Shown here piece after piece: positions 1-13,679 of a DNA stretch of 64,000 nucleotides. The stretch is from Haliotis rufescens (lineage: Eukaryota). Numbering within the stretch: position 1 is the first letter of the stretch; each line of letters starts with the position of its first letter. Location: contig NW_025963791.1 in NCBI RefSeq assembly GCF_023055435.1, positions 43,090,001-43,154,000 on the forward strand, written 5' to 3'. Both the position numbers and the translations under genes were made by a program. Under the pieces are notes generated by a model. The model ran no database searches. It was not told where the DNA came from and saw only the letters and a list, made by a program, of their open reading frames with translations.

Positions 1-100
1 CAGGAAGAATCTCGACGCCTGTGACAGCTCAAACGCTTATCGATATAGATTTTCCAAACGTTATACACATATTCTAATCGTAAGCTACCCCCGAGACTAC

Positions 101-182
101 CTTATACATAGTTCCTTGGCTTCCTCCCTTTCCATAACCGTTGATACTTTGAGATAACAGCTGGTTCCATAAAACGTCCACC
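101..182 (-). CDS. C-type lectin domain gene, exon (G)WTFYGTSCYLKVSTVMEREEAKELCIR; gene continues beyond the left edge
   Basis: Acceptor ttttgttttgtag, donor gtagtc. Joined to exon 1400-1454 it gives CPPGWxxYxxSCY...EAxxxC, the canonical CTLD N-terminus. Confidence 0.75.
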
Positions 183-460
183 CTACAAAACAAAACCTGG
201 TAACAACATACTGTTTTATATACGTTTTAATGTTTCGTAATGTGTATAAATCCGTTATAGAATGACACAACTATCTATTACTAAGGTAATAAATTAAGAA
301 TGTTGGTGATTTTTTAATCTTTAGAGGCTGGTATTAATTTCTTTGATGTGTTTCATTATCAAATGTAATATAAATTACACATAATTGTAAGATCGAAATT
401 AAGAAAACCTAGAATATATATTCTACCTCGAATTTAATTTGTAATAGATTGTTTATTCAT

Positions 461-478
461 TACACACACGCACGCACA

Positions 479-510
<32 letters not shown>

Positions 511-518
511 CACACACG
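461..518. repeat. (CA)n/(CACG)n microsatellite
   Basis: Direct reading. Confidence 0.95.
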
Positions 519-1350
519 TACATATATATAATAGGGGATATTACGTTCAGTGTTATAAACAATGTTAATATTGATGCGTATCAGCATGACAGTTTGATGT
601 CAGTATGTACATATCACTAGATCTCAATTTGATTCTTACATCGTTTGTCGACTAATTCCACTTTTTCCAGTGGTTAAACTGGGTGAAGGATCAGGTGAAT
701 TAAGATTTTCGTGGATAGCTATGAGTTGAATATCACTGCTTTTTAACATAATAATACCGTCATCTTAAAAACGATTCCTGGAATTTTCAATATTTTCTTT
801 CATGGATCCTCCCACTATGTAACCTACCTTGTCATAGAATGAGATGTTCTCTGAAACATTTAACGTCCCCTTTCAAGAGATGCATAAGTAGGGGCTACCA
901 ATGTACCCCAAGCTACTCTTTTCTGTTGTGAATAATAACACCCATCAAAATAACACATTTTATTGCTAATAACCGAATTTAGTGCATCCAGAATAAAATC
1001 TAACTGGGATGTTTTTGCGGTACTCTATAAGCCGGTATGTAATAGCATAGTTTCAATATTTTCATGAAAACTAACAACATTAAAACTTATAGATCATGGG
1101 TACTCCGAGTACCTGGGTAGACACATAACAAACTCTATGTTATCTATGAGAAAACCCTTCACATGCTTACATAAAGGTCAAAGAATAATTTCAATGAAAT
1201 GCTCTCTAAGTGTTTAACAATAGGTCAAAACATTAATAACCGTGATTTCCAATAGAAACTTCACAATTTTGATTGATCACTTCATTTGATTTAACTTCAT
1301 GCCAAGAACTTCTAAGTCACTTATCCAGTGTACCCTTAGTGTTATGACCA

Positions 1351-1389
<39 letters not shown>
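1351..1389. repeat. (TC)n microsatellite
   Basis: Direct reading. Confidence 0.95.
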
Positions 1390-1399
1390 AAATACTCAC

Positions 1400-1454
1400 C
1401 AGGAGGACAGACGAGGGTGAGATTGCCTATTGTCTTGGTTGTCTGACTCTGGCA
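1400..1454 (-). CDS. C-type lectin domain gene, upstream exon CQSQTTKTIGNLTLVCPP(G)
   Basis: ttttcaattcag acceptor, gtgagt donor; ends in phase 1, which completes CPPG|W with exon 101-182. Confidence 0.7.
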
Positions 1455-2479
1455 CTGAATTGAAAATGAATATACTATTAATTACATTTTGCTAATTAGT
1501 TCCAAGCAACAAAAACTGTATGTTTACAAAAAAAACATGCAAATGGGTTGCTAATCAAGCAAATCGCTTATGTGAATACCTCTTCATGATGCAATTTATG
1601 CGTCAGTCAAAGTTGAATGGAACAAATGAAATATACATGCTGAGCTTGATGTGTATCTAAATTTATCATATAATGGGTAGGTTTCTCGGCAGGATAAAGC
1701 CAAAGGATAAAAACGATATCCGTTGGGGTCATATGCGGATAGAGATGCAAATATCAAAGGTCAAGTTGGGACTACTTTCACTGTTTATAAACAAACATGG
1801 CGTCGCCCTTGTCATTCGGCAATCGAGTCAGAATTAACCATCGGGAATCTGGATAAACTACAGGAATAATTGCTATCATTATCAAAAGAACAGTCTAATA
1901 TACTGAAAATCTGTGTCTAACTGTGACGTAGCTGAGGCATTCTATAAGTTTTGTCAACTTTGGAGATATAAATTTCGAAACAATTTGGCGAGGGCACGAG
2001 GCCTAGCCAAACGGGATCAGTAGCCATATCTGTACTTGTAGACCTCTGCGGCTTGACACCTCCTCCACAAATTAAAATAGTTTGATTTGGCGGAAATATG
2101 TTTGAATTGTTACCTTGTTTCGTTTTGTCGCTGTGTGTACATCTGACTACACTTCTTATTGTCATGACAGGACAGACCGACTGTCAACAACGTATGACCG
2201 TGGCCGTGACGTCTCATAGACTAGGGTTAGAGTAGCTTCCCTTTGACAAAGGGCAGTTACTCTAGCGGACAGACCGATGGATTGCCGCGAAAGGCAATTA
2301 AAAACAATTGTTGTTTTGCGTATATGTTGCTTCGCCACTGTATAAGAAACAGATTTCAGTTGGAACTATATTGGCTACTGTCACTGTCCGACTGACACAT
2401 CACTTACCCTGTGACGTAATAAATATTAATGCGCGCATTCCAGGAAAACTCGCAATGTTTCGGTAATATTTGTGAGAGA

Positions 2480-3350
2480 GGGAAAGCGATTTTGAAATAT
2501 CATTGATATAAATAATAACCACTATTGGTCCCAAGACGGACCCCTGTCTTACACATCGATTTTCTAAGTAACTGTCAACCAATAACTTTCTACAGATACC
2601 AAAATGTTGTAGTTTATGACTTATTTCTTTGTGCCAAATTTTACCGAAAGCTTTACTGATGTCACAAAACTCCCCTACCTTCATCTAAGGACTTTCCATA
2701 TTAACTGATGTGAGTAGGAGTCACCCTGCATGAATCCAGACTGTGGGGGAGTAAGACCATTATTATTCCTTAAATAGTTATAGACATGTTTGAAAATATA
2801 TTTTTCAAATATCTTTGGTGTACAACTTGTGAGTACCACATGTCTGTAATATACATTCATTTACGCTGTTGTTTTTATGAACAGGAATGATACGAATTTC
2901 TTTCCATAGTGATGGGAATCTTGGGCGTTGAAGAGAGAAATTGAATAGTTTAGAATGGATTGGAGCTTAACTGTAAGCTGCACTTTTAAAAATCGTATTT
3001 CCAATACAATCAGGGCCAGTTGCCTTTGTGCTGTCAACGTGCCTTAGCATATCTCTAACGTCATCTTTCATCACAGTTACACGTACTAACAGATTATTTT
3101 ATCTAATTCTAAAGTTTGAAGGTTCATTTCAGGACTAAATATGCGGAATTGGACCAGAAAGAAGTTATTTCAAAGAAGATTTCAGTTTACAATGATAAAA
3201 AAACCTTAACCTTTCAGATCATATCAGTTCGTTCTCTTTAACGATTTTCAAATTTTTAGCTTTCTTAGATAGATCCATATCTCCATACCTAATATAACCC
3301 GAGACTGTGACAGGAAAGGGCTACCAGCTTGCCCTGGATACTTCAGGCAG
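2480..3350 (-). mobile_element. Degraded CR1/L2-group LINE reverse transcriptase fragment
   Basis: Motifs KATGPD, QSGFMQGD, FCDISKAF..IWH, QGSVLGP..IYINDI with stops and frameshifts; boundaries approximate. Confidence 0.8.
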
Positions 3351-4289
3351 TGACATGAATGCAGCTGCTTATAACTGGCCTGATGGTGTTTAATATGCTT
3401 TATACAAGAAAATGATTATTCATAATAACACTTAATAAGTAACTCATAGGACCGAATGTTCTGAGCTTAACTTAACCGAAACACGAACTTGTGCAAAAAC
3501 GTGTACACTAAAACAACACTCGTAACTAAAACATTTGTAACTAAAACAACACCTGTACACTAACTAAAACGAAACAGGACAAAATGAAACCAAATTGTAT
3601 TCTGACATTTTTCCAGCTCCTCTCTAAGCGAAATGTCATGCTTCTGGCCTAAATACGCTCGCTGTGACCATGAAGAGTAATATTAGACAGCAGAAAACAT
3701 TCACGGACAAAGGGATCGACAAAACCACCAGGGAATCGGAAACCTCTCTGACAACCTGATACAACTTCCTGCTTGAAATCTCTACACCTCTGTCAATTGG
3801 ATGCACGACACAGGTGAACCTGAAAAACAGTGAATGTGCTCACCAAAAGTTAACCATTCTGCATATCTACAAACTCTATTCCCAGAAATGTCAGCGCGGT
3901 TTTGACTGTCACAGTGATGATCGTTTGTGATTCAACAGACTGTGAGTGTACGAGTGAGTGCATGTCTGTGTACCGTTTAGTGTCATGTGAATACAACTGC
4001 ATATTATGGGTATATTCTTATGACGATTGCTGCATTAATGACTATGTCCTCACATTGTTGTGACAATAGGAGCCGGGAGTTGTAACGTGGGTAATATTTC
4101 TTTTGTGCTGCGCTGATGATTTCAGTCTTTTGTAACCAGTTAACATCCTGTTACTTGATACAGGCGTGTAAAGGATTTCTGTCTATGTAATGCTGTTTTT
4201 TTTAAAGCACTAGTGTATATCTTTCAGATTGTAACTGAACGACTGTTTTGTTAAGTACATGGTTGTTCTCACATTTTGTTTTACAGTCA

Positions 4290-7200
4290 GTTGTATTGGG
4301 TGTCGTCATTACCTGCAAAACTACCACCATATTAGGTGTTGTCGATATTATACTAAAGTCATATAGGATGTTGTAAGGAACTGTGATGCTAACACCTAAG
4401 TCAGATTGAGCGTTGTTGAAAACAGCGATGTTACAACATAATCATATTGGCTGTTGTCGAGAACAGAAACACTACTACCAAAGTCATATTGGCTGTTGTC
4501 GAGAACAGAAACACTACTACCAAAGTCATATTGGGCGTTGTCGAGAACAGGAACACTTCTACCAAAGTCATATTGGGCGTTGTCGAGAGCAGGAATACTA
4601 CTACCAAAGTCATATTGGGCGTTGTCGAGAACAGGAATACTTCTACCAAAGTCATATTGGGCCTTTGTCGAGAACAGGAATACTACTACCAAAGTCATAT
4701 TGGGCGTTGTCGAGAACAGGAATACTACTACCAAAGTCATATTGGGCATTGTCGAGAACAGGAACACTACTACAAAAGTCATATTGGGCGTTGTCGAGAA
4801 CAGAAATACTACTACCAAAGTCATATTGGGCATTGTCGAGAACAGAAACACTACTACCAAAGTCATATTGGGCATTGTCGAGAACAGGAACACTACTACC
4901 AAAGTCATATTGGGCGCTGATGAGAACAGGAATACTACTACCAAAGTCATATTGGGCATTGACGAGAACAGAAACACTACTACCAAAGTCATATTGGGCG
5001 TTGTCGAGAACAGAAACACTACTACCAAAGTCATATTGGGCGTTGTCGAGAACAGGAATACTACTACCAAAGTCATATTGGGCATTGTCGAGAACAGAAA
5101 CACTACTACCAAAGTCATATTGGGCATTGTCGAGAACAGGAATACTTCCACCAAAGTCATATTGGGCCTTTGTCGAGAACAGGAATACTTCTACCAAAGT
5201 CATATTGGGCATTGTCGAGAACAGGAATACTTCTACCAAAGTCATATTGGGCATTGTCGAGAACAGGAATACTTCTACCAAAGTCATATTGGGCATTGTC
5301 GAGAACAGGAATACTTTTACCAAAGTCATATTGGGCGTTGTCGAGAACAGGAATACTACTACCAAAGTCATATTGGGCATTGTCGAGAACAGAAACACTA
5401 CTACCAAAGTCATATTGGGCGTTGTCGAGAACAGGAATACTTCTACCAAAGTCATATTGGGCGTTGTCGAGAACAGGAATACTACTACCAAAGTCATATT
5501 GGGCGTTGTCGAGAACAGAAACACTACTACCAAAGTCATATTGGGCGTTGTCGAGAGCAGGAATACTACTACCAAAGTCATATTGGGCGTTGTCGAGAAC
5601 AGGAATACTTTTACCAAAGTCATATTGGGCGTTGTCGAGAACAGGAATACTACTACCAAAGTCATATTGGGCATTGTCGAGAACAGAAACACTACTACCA
5701 AAGTCATATTGGGCGTTGTCGAGAACAGGAATACTTCTACCAAAGTCATATTGGGCGTTGTCGAGAACAGGAATACTACTACCAAAGTCATATTGGGCAT
5801 TGTCGAGAACAGAAACACTACTACCAAAGTCATATTGGGCATTGTCGAGAACAGGAATACTTCTACCAAAGTCATATTGGGCGTTGTCGAGAACAGGAAT
5901 ACTACTACCAAAGTCATATTGGGCGTTGTCGAGAACAGAAACACTACTACCAAAGTCATATTGGGCGTTGTCGAGAGCAGGAATACTACTACCAAAGTCA
6001 TATTGGGCGTTGTCGAGAACAGGAATACTTCCACCAAAGTCATATTGGGCATTGTCGAGAACAGGAATACTACTACCAAAGTCATATTGGGCGTTGTCGA
6101 GAACAGAAATACTACTACCAAAGTCATATTGGGCGTTGTCGAGAACAGAAACACTACTACCAAAGTCATATTGGGCGTTGTCGAGAACAGGAATACTACT
6201 ACCAAAGTCATATTGGACGTTGTCGAGAACAGAAACACTACTACCAAAGTCATATTGGGCGTTGTCGAGAACAGGAATACTTCCACCAAAGTCATATTGG
6301 GCATTGTCGAGAACAGGAACACTACTACCAAAGTCATATTGGGCGTTGTCGAGAACAGGAATACTTCCACCAAAGTCATATTGGGCATTGTCGAGAACAG
6401 GAATACTACTACCAAAGTCATATTGGGCGTTGTCGAGAACAGAAACACTACTACCAAAGTCATATTGGGCGTTGTCGAGAACAGAAACACTACTACCAAA
6501 GTCATATTGGGCATTGTCGAGAACAGGAATACTACTACCAAAGTCATATTGGGCGTTGTCGAGAACAGAAACACTACTACCAAAGTCATATTGGGCATTG
6601 TCGAGAACAGGAACACTACTACCAAAGTCATATTGGGCATTGTCGAGAGCAGGAATACTTCTACCAAAGTCATATTTGGCGTTGTTGAGAACAGAAACAC
6701 TACTACCAAAGTCATATTGGGCGTTGTCGAGAACAGGAATACTTCTACCAAAGTCATATTGGGCGTTGTCGAGAACAGGAATACTTCTACCAAAGTCATA
6801 TTGGGCATTGTCGAGAACAGAAACACTACTACCAAAGTCATATTGGGCGTTGTCGAGAACAGGAATACTTCTACCAAAGTCATATTGGGCGTTGTCGAGA
6901 ACAGGAATACTACTACCAAAGTCATATTGGGCATTGTCGAGAACAGAAACACTACTACCAAAGTCATATTGGGCGTTGTCGAGAACAGGAATACTTCTAC
7001 CAAAGTCATATTGGGCATTGTCGAGAACAGGAATACTTCCACCAAAGTCATATTGGGCATTGTCGAGAACAGGAATACTACTACCAAAGTCATATTGGGC
7101 GTTGTCGAGAACAGAAACACTACTACCAAAGTCATATTGGGCGTTGTCGAGAACAGGAATACTACTACCAAAGTCATATTGGACGTTGTCGAGAACAGAA

Positions 7201-7900
7201 ACACTACTACCAAAGTCATATTGGGCGTTGTTGAGGACAGGAATACTTCCACCAAAGTCATATTGGGCATTGTCGAGAACAGGAACACTACTACCAAAGT
7301 CATATTGGGCGTTGTCGAGAACAGGAATACTTCCACCAAAGTCATATTGGGCATTGTCGAGAACAGGAATACTACTACCAAAGTCATATTGGGCGTTGTC
7401 GAGAACAGAAACACTACTACCAAAGTCATATTGGGCGTTGTCGAGAACAGAAACACTACTACCAAAGTCATATTGGGCGTTGTCGAGAACAGAAACACTA
7501 CTACCAAAGTCATATTGGGCGTTGTCGAGAACAGGAATACTACTACCAAAGTCATATTGGGCGTTGTCGAGAACAGAAACACTACTACCAAAGTCATATT
7601 GGGCGTTGTCGAGAACAGGAATACTTCTACCAAAGTCATATTGGGCGTTGTTGAGAACAGGAATACTACTACCAAAGTCATATTGGGCGTTGTCGAGAAC
7701 AGGAATACTTCCACCAAAGTCATATTGGGCATTGCCGAGAACAGGAATACTTCCACCAAAGTCATATTGGGCGTTGTCGAGAGCAGGAATACTTCTACCA
7801 AAGTCATATTGGGCGTTGTTGAGAACAGGAATACTTCTACCCAAGTCATATTGGGCCTTTGTCGAGAACAGGAATACTACTACCAAAGTCATATGGGGCG
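4290..7900. repeat. 42-bp minisatellite, about 80 copies (accaaagtcatattgggcgttgtcgagaacaggaatactact)
   Basis: Direct tandem periodicity; degenerate copies at the left edge; occasional 43-bp units. Confidence 0.97.
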
Positions 7901-8857
7901 TTCCCGGAATGCAGAACTGCGAAACTAATATAAAAGCCTAGTTTGGTGTTTAACGTAAACTTGACGGCAACATAAACTTTGCAACAGATTGATGTGACTG
8001 TAATTACGACACAAGTAAAATATATTTTATAAACCAACAATTCGACAAAATATTCAACACGTCAAACCTGACATTTCGTTGTTACATATTGTACCCCAGA
8101 CAAACAAAATTAGTGGGAGTTGAAAATTTAGTTCTCCAGATTTTTACTTCAATTCATTCAAACGCGGAAAGTGGTTACAGACACAATATTTGTCACTTTA
8201 ATACCGAATATGGCCACCCCGTGCTTCCATACATGCAAAGACTCTGCGTCGGGCGGAAAATGTCAAACGTCTGATAGGTCACGTGACAAGTTTCTTTTCC
8301 AGTTCAGTTTAGACACATTCAAACATACCTATAAAAATGGAGCTGAATTTAAGAACACTTATACTAACTAACATGTATTTATAGATACATTCTTATGTGC
8401 CACCTTGAATGGGTATTAGATACGTTTTCCTCATCACAAATACAGACCTTTTCATTTGGGTCAAACGTATCATGGTTTGTCCCAATGCATGCATTGGGGC
8501 CAGAAAAGTCACTGAAGATTACAGGAATTCAGTGAATGGATGTGTGGTTTGGGTCATGAAAGCAACATACTCAGAATAGGCGCAGGCGATGATCCTCGGT
8601 ATTCCAAGTGGCATACATCTGATACAAAATTGCAAAATCATGTGACACGCAGAGGCACAAAAGGGATCAGAGAGGTCGCGGTGTGCGGGGATTGAAACTG
8701 GTAACTGGCAGATAAATTGAAGGATAACTTACTCTGAAGTTTAAAAAAGAATTTGTTGTATTCGTATCACGCCACAAGTTCTCCCCAACACCGGGTGTTT
8801 ATAGGGTGGTGTTATCACTGCCAACAGTCATGCGGTGACTTCGAGTATTGCCGAAAA

Positions 8858-10600
8858 GAGTACATCACACTGGAGTACTTCACACCGGAGTACTTCACAC
8901 CGGAGTAGTTCAAACCGAGTACTTCACACCGGAGTAGTTCAAACCGAGTACTTCACACCGGAGTACTTCACACCGAAGTATTTCAGACCGGAGTACTTCA
9001 CACCAAAGTACTTCACACTACTTCACACCGGAGTACTTCACACCGGAGTACTTCACACCGGAGTACTTCACACAGGAGTAATTCACACCGGAGTACATCA
9101 CACCGGAGTACTTTACACCGGAGTATTTCAGACCGGAGTACTTTACACCAGAGTACTTCACACCGGAGTACTTCACACTACTTCACACCGGAGCACTTCA
9201 CACTGGAGTACTTCACACCGGAGTACTTCACACTGGAGTACTTCACACCGGAGTACTTCACACTGGAGTACTTCACACTGGAGTACTTCACACCGGAGTA
9301 CTTCACACCGGAGTACTTCAAACCGGAGTACTTCACACTGGAGTACTTCGCACCGGAGTACTTCACACCGGAGTACTTCACACTGAAGTACTTCACACAG
9401 GAGTATATCACACAGGAGTACTTCACACTGGAGTACTTCACACCGGAGTACTTCACACTGGAGTACTTCACACCGGAGTACTTCACACTGGAGTATTTCA
9501 CACTGGATTACTTCACACTGGAGTACTTCACACCGGAGTACTTCACACTGCTTCACACCGGAGAACTTCACACTAGAGTACTTCACACCAGAGAACTTCA
9601 CACCGGAGTACTTCACACTACATCACACCGGAGTACTTCACATCGGAGTACTTCACACCGGAGTACTTCACACTGGAGTACTTCACACTGGAGTACATCA
9701 CACTGGAGTATATAAAACCGGAGTACTTCACACTAGAGTACTTCACACCGGAGTACTTCACACTGGAGTACTTCACACCGGAGTACTTCACACCCGAGTA
9801 CATCACACCCGAGTACTTCACATTACTTCGCAATGGAGTACATCACACTGGAGTATTTCACACCGGAGTACTTCGCACTACTTCACATCGGAGTACTTCA
9901 AATTGGAGTACATCACACCGGAGTACTTCACACCGGAGTACATCACACTGGAGTACATCACACTGGAGTACATCACACCGGAGTACATCACACCGGAGTA
10001 CTTCACACAGGAGTAATTCAAACCGGAGTACATCACACCGGAGTACTTCACACCGGAGTACATCACACTGGAGTACTTAACACCGGAGTACATCACACTG
10101 GAGTACATCACACTGGAGTACTTCACACCGGAGTACATCACACTGGAGTACATCACACTGGAGTACATCACACCGGAGTACATCACACTGGAGTACTTCA
10201 CACAGGAGTACATCACACCGGAGTACTTCACACAGGAGTAATTCACACTGGAGTACATCACACCGGAGTACATCACACCGGAGTACATCACACTGGAGTA
10301 CTTAACACCGGAGTACATCACACCGGAGTACTTAACACCGGAGTACTTCAAACTGGAGTACATCACACTGGAGTACAACACACCGGTGTACATTACTTTG
10401 AAGTACACAGGAGTACATCTCACTGGAGTACATTACTGTTAAGTATACAGGAGTACATCACACTGGAGTACATCACACTGGAGTACATCACACTGGAGTA
10501 CATTACTGTGAAATACACTGGAGTACATCACACTGGTGTACATTACTGTTAAGTATACAGGAGTACATCACACTGGATTACATTACCAAGGAGTACATTA
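8858..10600. repeat. 15-bp minisatellite (ggagtacttcacacc / ggagtacatcacact)
   Basis: Direct tandem periodicity. Confidence 0.97.
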
Positions 10601-13600
10601 CACGACAGAACGTCACACTGGAGAAAATCACATTTGAATAAGCTGTGGATAAGGACAATATATTTTCGTGGTGATGTGTTCACGCGGAACTAAGCTATTC
10701 GAACACAAATATCGATATTGAAACTGTATATGTTTAGGTATAAACAAACCCATAAGAAATGATTAAATCGTACTTCATAAAAGAGAAATTATAAGCGAAA
10801 TAGATGGCCCTATCTGACCTATAAATTAGTCCTTTGATTCCAAAATTCTCCTGACCGTGCAAGTGTAATTTGACTACTGCTGCACCATTATTAATGGAGC
10901 ACTAGCCTTATCATCAAATGTAATTAATAACTATAAAATAAATGACACCATTCTATTAGACGTCATGGCTGGTTTTATGGCTTTGACAACGTCGGAGAAG
11001 GATGACACTGGTATGATTGATATAAATCTCCCCTGCTTTTCGTTCATGGTATGGAAAATATCGATGTTTAAAACGGAATTTGAAGCTTTTTCGATACAAC
11101 ATAAAATGACTGCTTTTACAATGTAAATAATTTCTTGAATATATAAATAAATAGATATGTGTATATGATTTCTGCTCTTCATCTCGTCTCTGAATCCGAC
11201 AATAAAAGATGCGAAGAATATTCCTTTGGTTTGAAATTATCAGGAGAATCGTATCAGGCTCGACCAACGGGGTAGTGACACGGTTTATACTTTTTATACT
11301 TTTCACAATTCTTGGAGAAATAAAGTAAACAGTTCAAAATCCTGTGATCACAATATTTAAAAAAAGGGTGAACCCATTGATTATATAATACAAAACGAGA
11401 GGAATAATTCGTAAATCGTTTGTGACTAAAACGCGCATCTGGTGTACGTGTCGTTATGGGTATCACCTTTCTGTATATCAATAACGAAATGAAAAACAAT
11501 TCCAAGACCAAGACAATTCTTTTAACAATGTGAACATATTTTAACAGAAAATAGTATCCATTCTGTTAAAGTAATATATTCACTTGTAGTTCTAACATGA
11601 AATTAAACGGCTGTTCATTAAAAAAATATATGCAAAATCAACATCATAATTGAAACTGTCCACAGCAGGATACAATGATCGTGTCTACTTTCATTCAAGG
11701 ACCTTCACCTCAAAGAAATTTACGAAGGGACTTTCGTTGATTCAAGGATAGTATTTACATGAATGTGACATGTAAGTAATCAGAAACATTCTGACAATCT
11801 GTGTACTGTTATTTGTTGTTATATTTTTAATTGAAACCAAGAGAAATTGTAAGAATTTCCGATAAATACCGTTGTCGTTGATGCGTGATTTTGCGTCAGT
11901 CATGGCGTCAGGGAGGACTGAACTTTGACTATTTCTGTTGAATTTATCAATTCCTTGTAATTTTTCTATTTCTATTTCCCTAACTCTTCCTACGATTCTC
12001 CTCCCATGCATATTCTGAAAATGTTGAGCCAATGTATGAAACGAGCAGAAAAATTTAGGAGAAAATGCTACACTGTGTAAAATCAGAACTTTGCTTTGTT
12101 TACGCACAGCGTTCATTTTCACACCTAATTTATTTTGCTTGATTTCATCTAGACCCTATGTATTGGTAACAAAGACCACTTGTCATTTGATTCTAAAGTG
12201 TATGTGGACTTCACGGATGTTTGTATCGCAGCTGTGTTTGACATATACGTGATGTTACAGGCGTCTCATAACCGGTGTGCGGAAACATGATTTCGTAAAC
12301 TCTATCCAATATGCCAGAAAGTTCACTTCGGCGTTCGTATTTGCCTATTTTCATAAACATCCTAAACGATTCTAGGTTAATCAGCGACGTTTTGGATTGA
12401 TCATTGCTGATTTGATAAGAGACAGATACCCGTGATCAGTACTTTTGCTTGGCCTAAAATGCCAGTGGATGATGTCACAGAAAAGATACTTTCCCACAAT
12501 ATTCAACACTGAGAAGTGTATCTGTGTGCGTGATGTATTTTGAATTTTACTCGACTTCAAAGTGGGTGTTGAAGAGGAGGGACATAAAGAATATGTTCCT
12601 CTAGCATCCAGGGGGTTAAGCTTTTTTTCTCTATGAGTTTTATGAATGAGCTCCCAAACGTGGTTTCTTTAAAAATTAACGTCTTTTCACAACACAATTA
12701 ATGATATTAAAACACAAAACAGTGTCGAATAACGAAATGGCTGTTACTGATGGTTTACGGTCTCATATAAGGTCCGTTACAACCATCTTAGATTTGAACT
12801 GACGGTAAACGGGCTCATATGTGGTTAGTAGTTCTGATCTCTGATTGGTCAATCTCACTTTAAGGCATAACAATATTAGCAGGCGTCTTGGTATCTTTGT
12901 TGCACATGTCATTTCAAATGAAAACCTGACACTTACAACGGTATAAACGACAGCACCAGTACATATGTGTCGAATTACGAATATCTGTACCAGAATTTCA
13001 ATGAAATATATGTGATGTAGGTGTTGTAAAATCCAAAATGACTGTTACTCACTCACTTTGTGGCATAATAATACATGATGTTGAAAGAATAGAACTAAAT
13101 ATATAAATAATAATCCGAGAAAAAAGTTAGCTATTTAATACCCAGTTCGAAATGTTCACCTTCCTCGTTCAGAGAAACAAAGGAAGACAACTAGGGAGCA
13201 TATCAGTACTGATCTACTTACCGCAGTGAAAACTGACATCCCCAGCACCAGTAGAAGAAGACGTCTACGGCCCTCCATGGCTGGGAAGGATCTGCCCGAC
13301 ACGCTATCAAGATACATCCCTGTGCTACACCTATTGGGTCGAGCTGACTGAGCGGCAACAGGAGTTTAGGTTTCAGTCTGATCCGCAAAGGGAGCGAGAG
13401 GGTTCTCCCACCCGTGACTGACTGAGGTTAGGGTTACTGCACTATTTGAATGTTGTGGGGTCTGCTTCGTGGTTCGTTTTGTACTGAATTGCCTAGTTAT
13501 TATGTGCGGCCTTTCTTGTGATGTCGGCGGTACTAGGGATACAACATAAGGAATATATATAAGATGGGGGACAGAACATTCCATACATCACCCAACTCTT

Positions 13601-13679
13601 CACCAGAATCAACTCCTTCATCGGTGGAACACAACAGCACTCATCTTTACAGCATACACTCGACAACCCGACTCAACAG

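Noticed and set aside
828-850. 23-nt candidate exon with good splice sites in the lectin intron
   Set aside because: Inclusion would break the CPPG|W junction and shift the frame
2408-2438. Possible first exon MRALIFITSQ(G) with gtaagt donor for the lectin gene
   Set aside because: Ends in phase 1, whereas exon 1400-1454 needs phase 0; no bridging exon found
4396-7941. ORFs of 744-1171 aa on both strands
   Set aside because: Products of a 42-bp tandem unit lacking stops; 43-bp units shift frames freely; no unique coding flanks
12140-12620. gggttaa end suggesting a piggyBac terminus
   Set aside because: No matching left terminus identified
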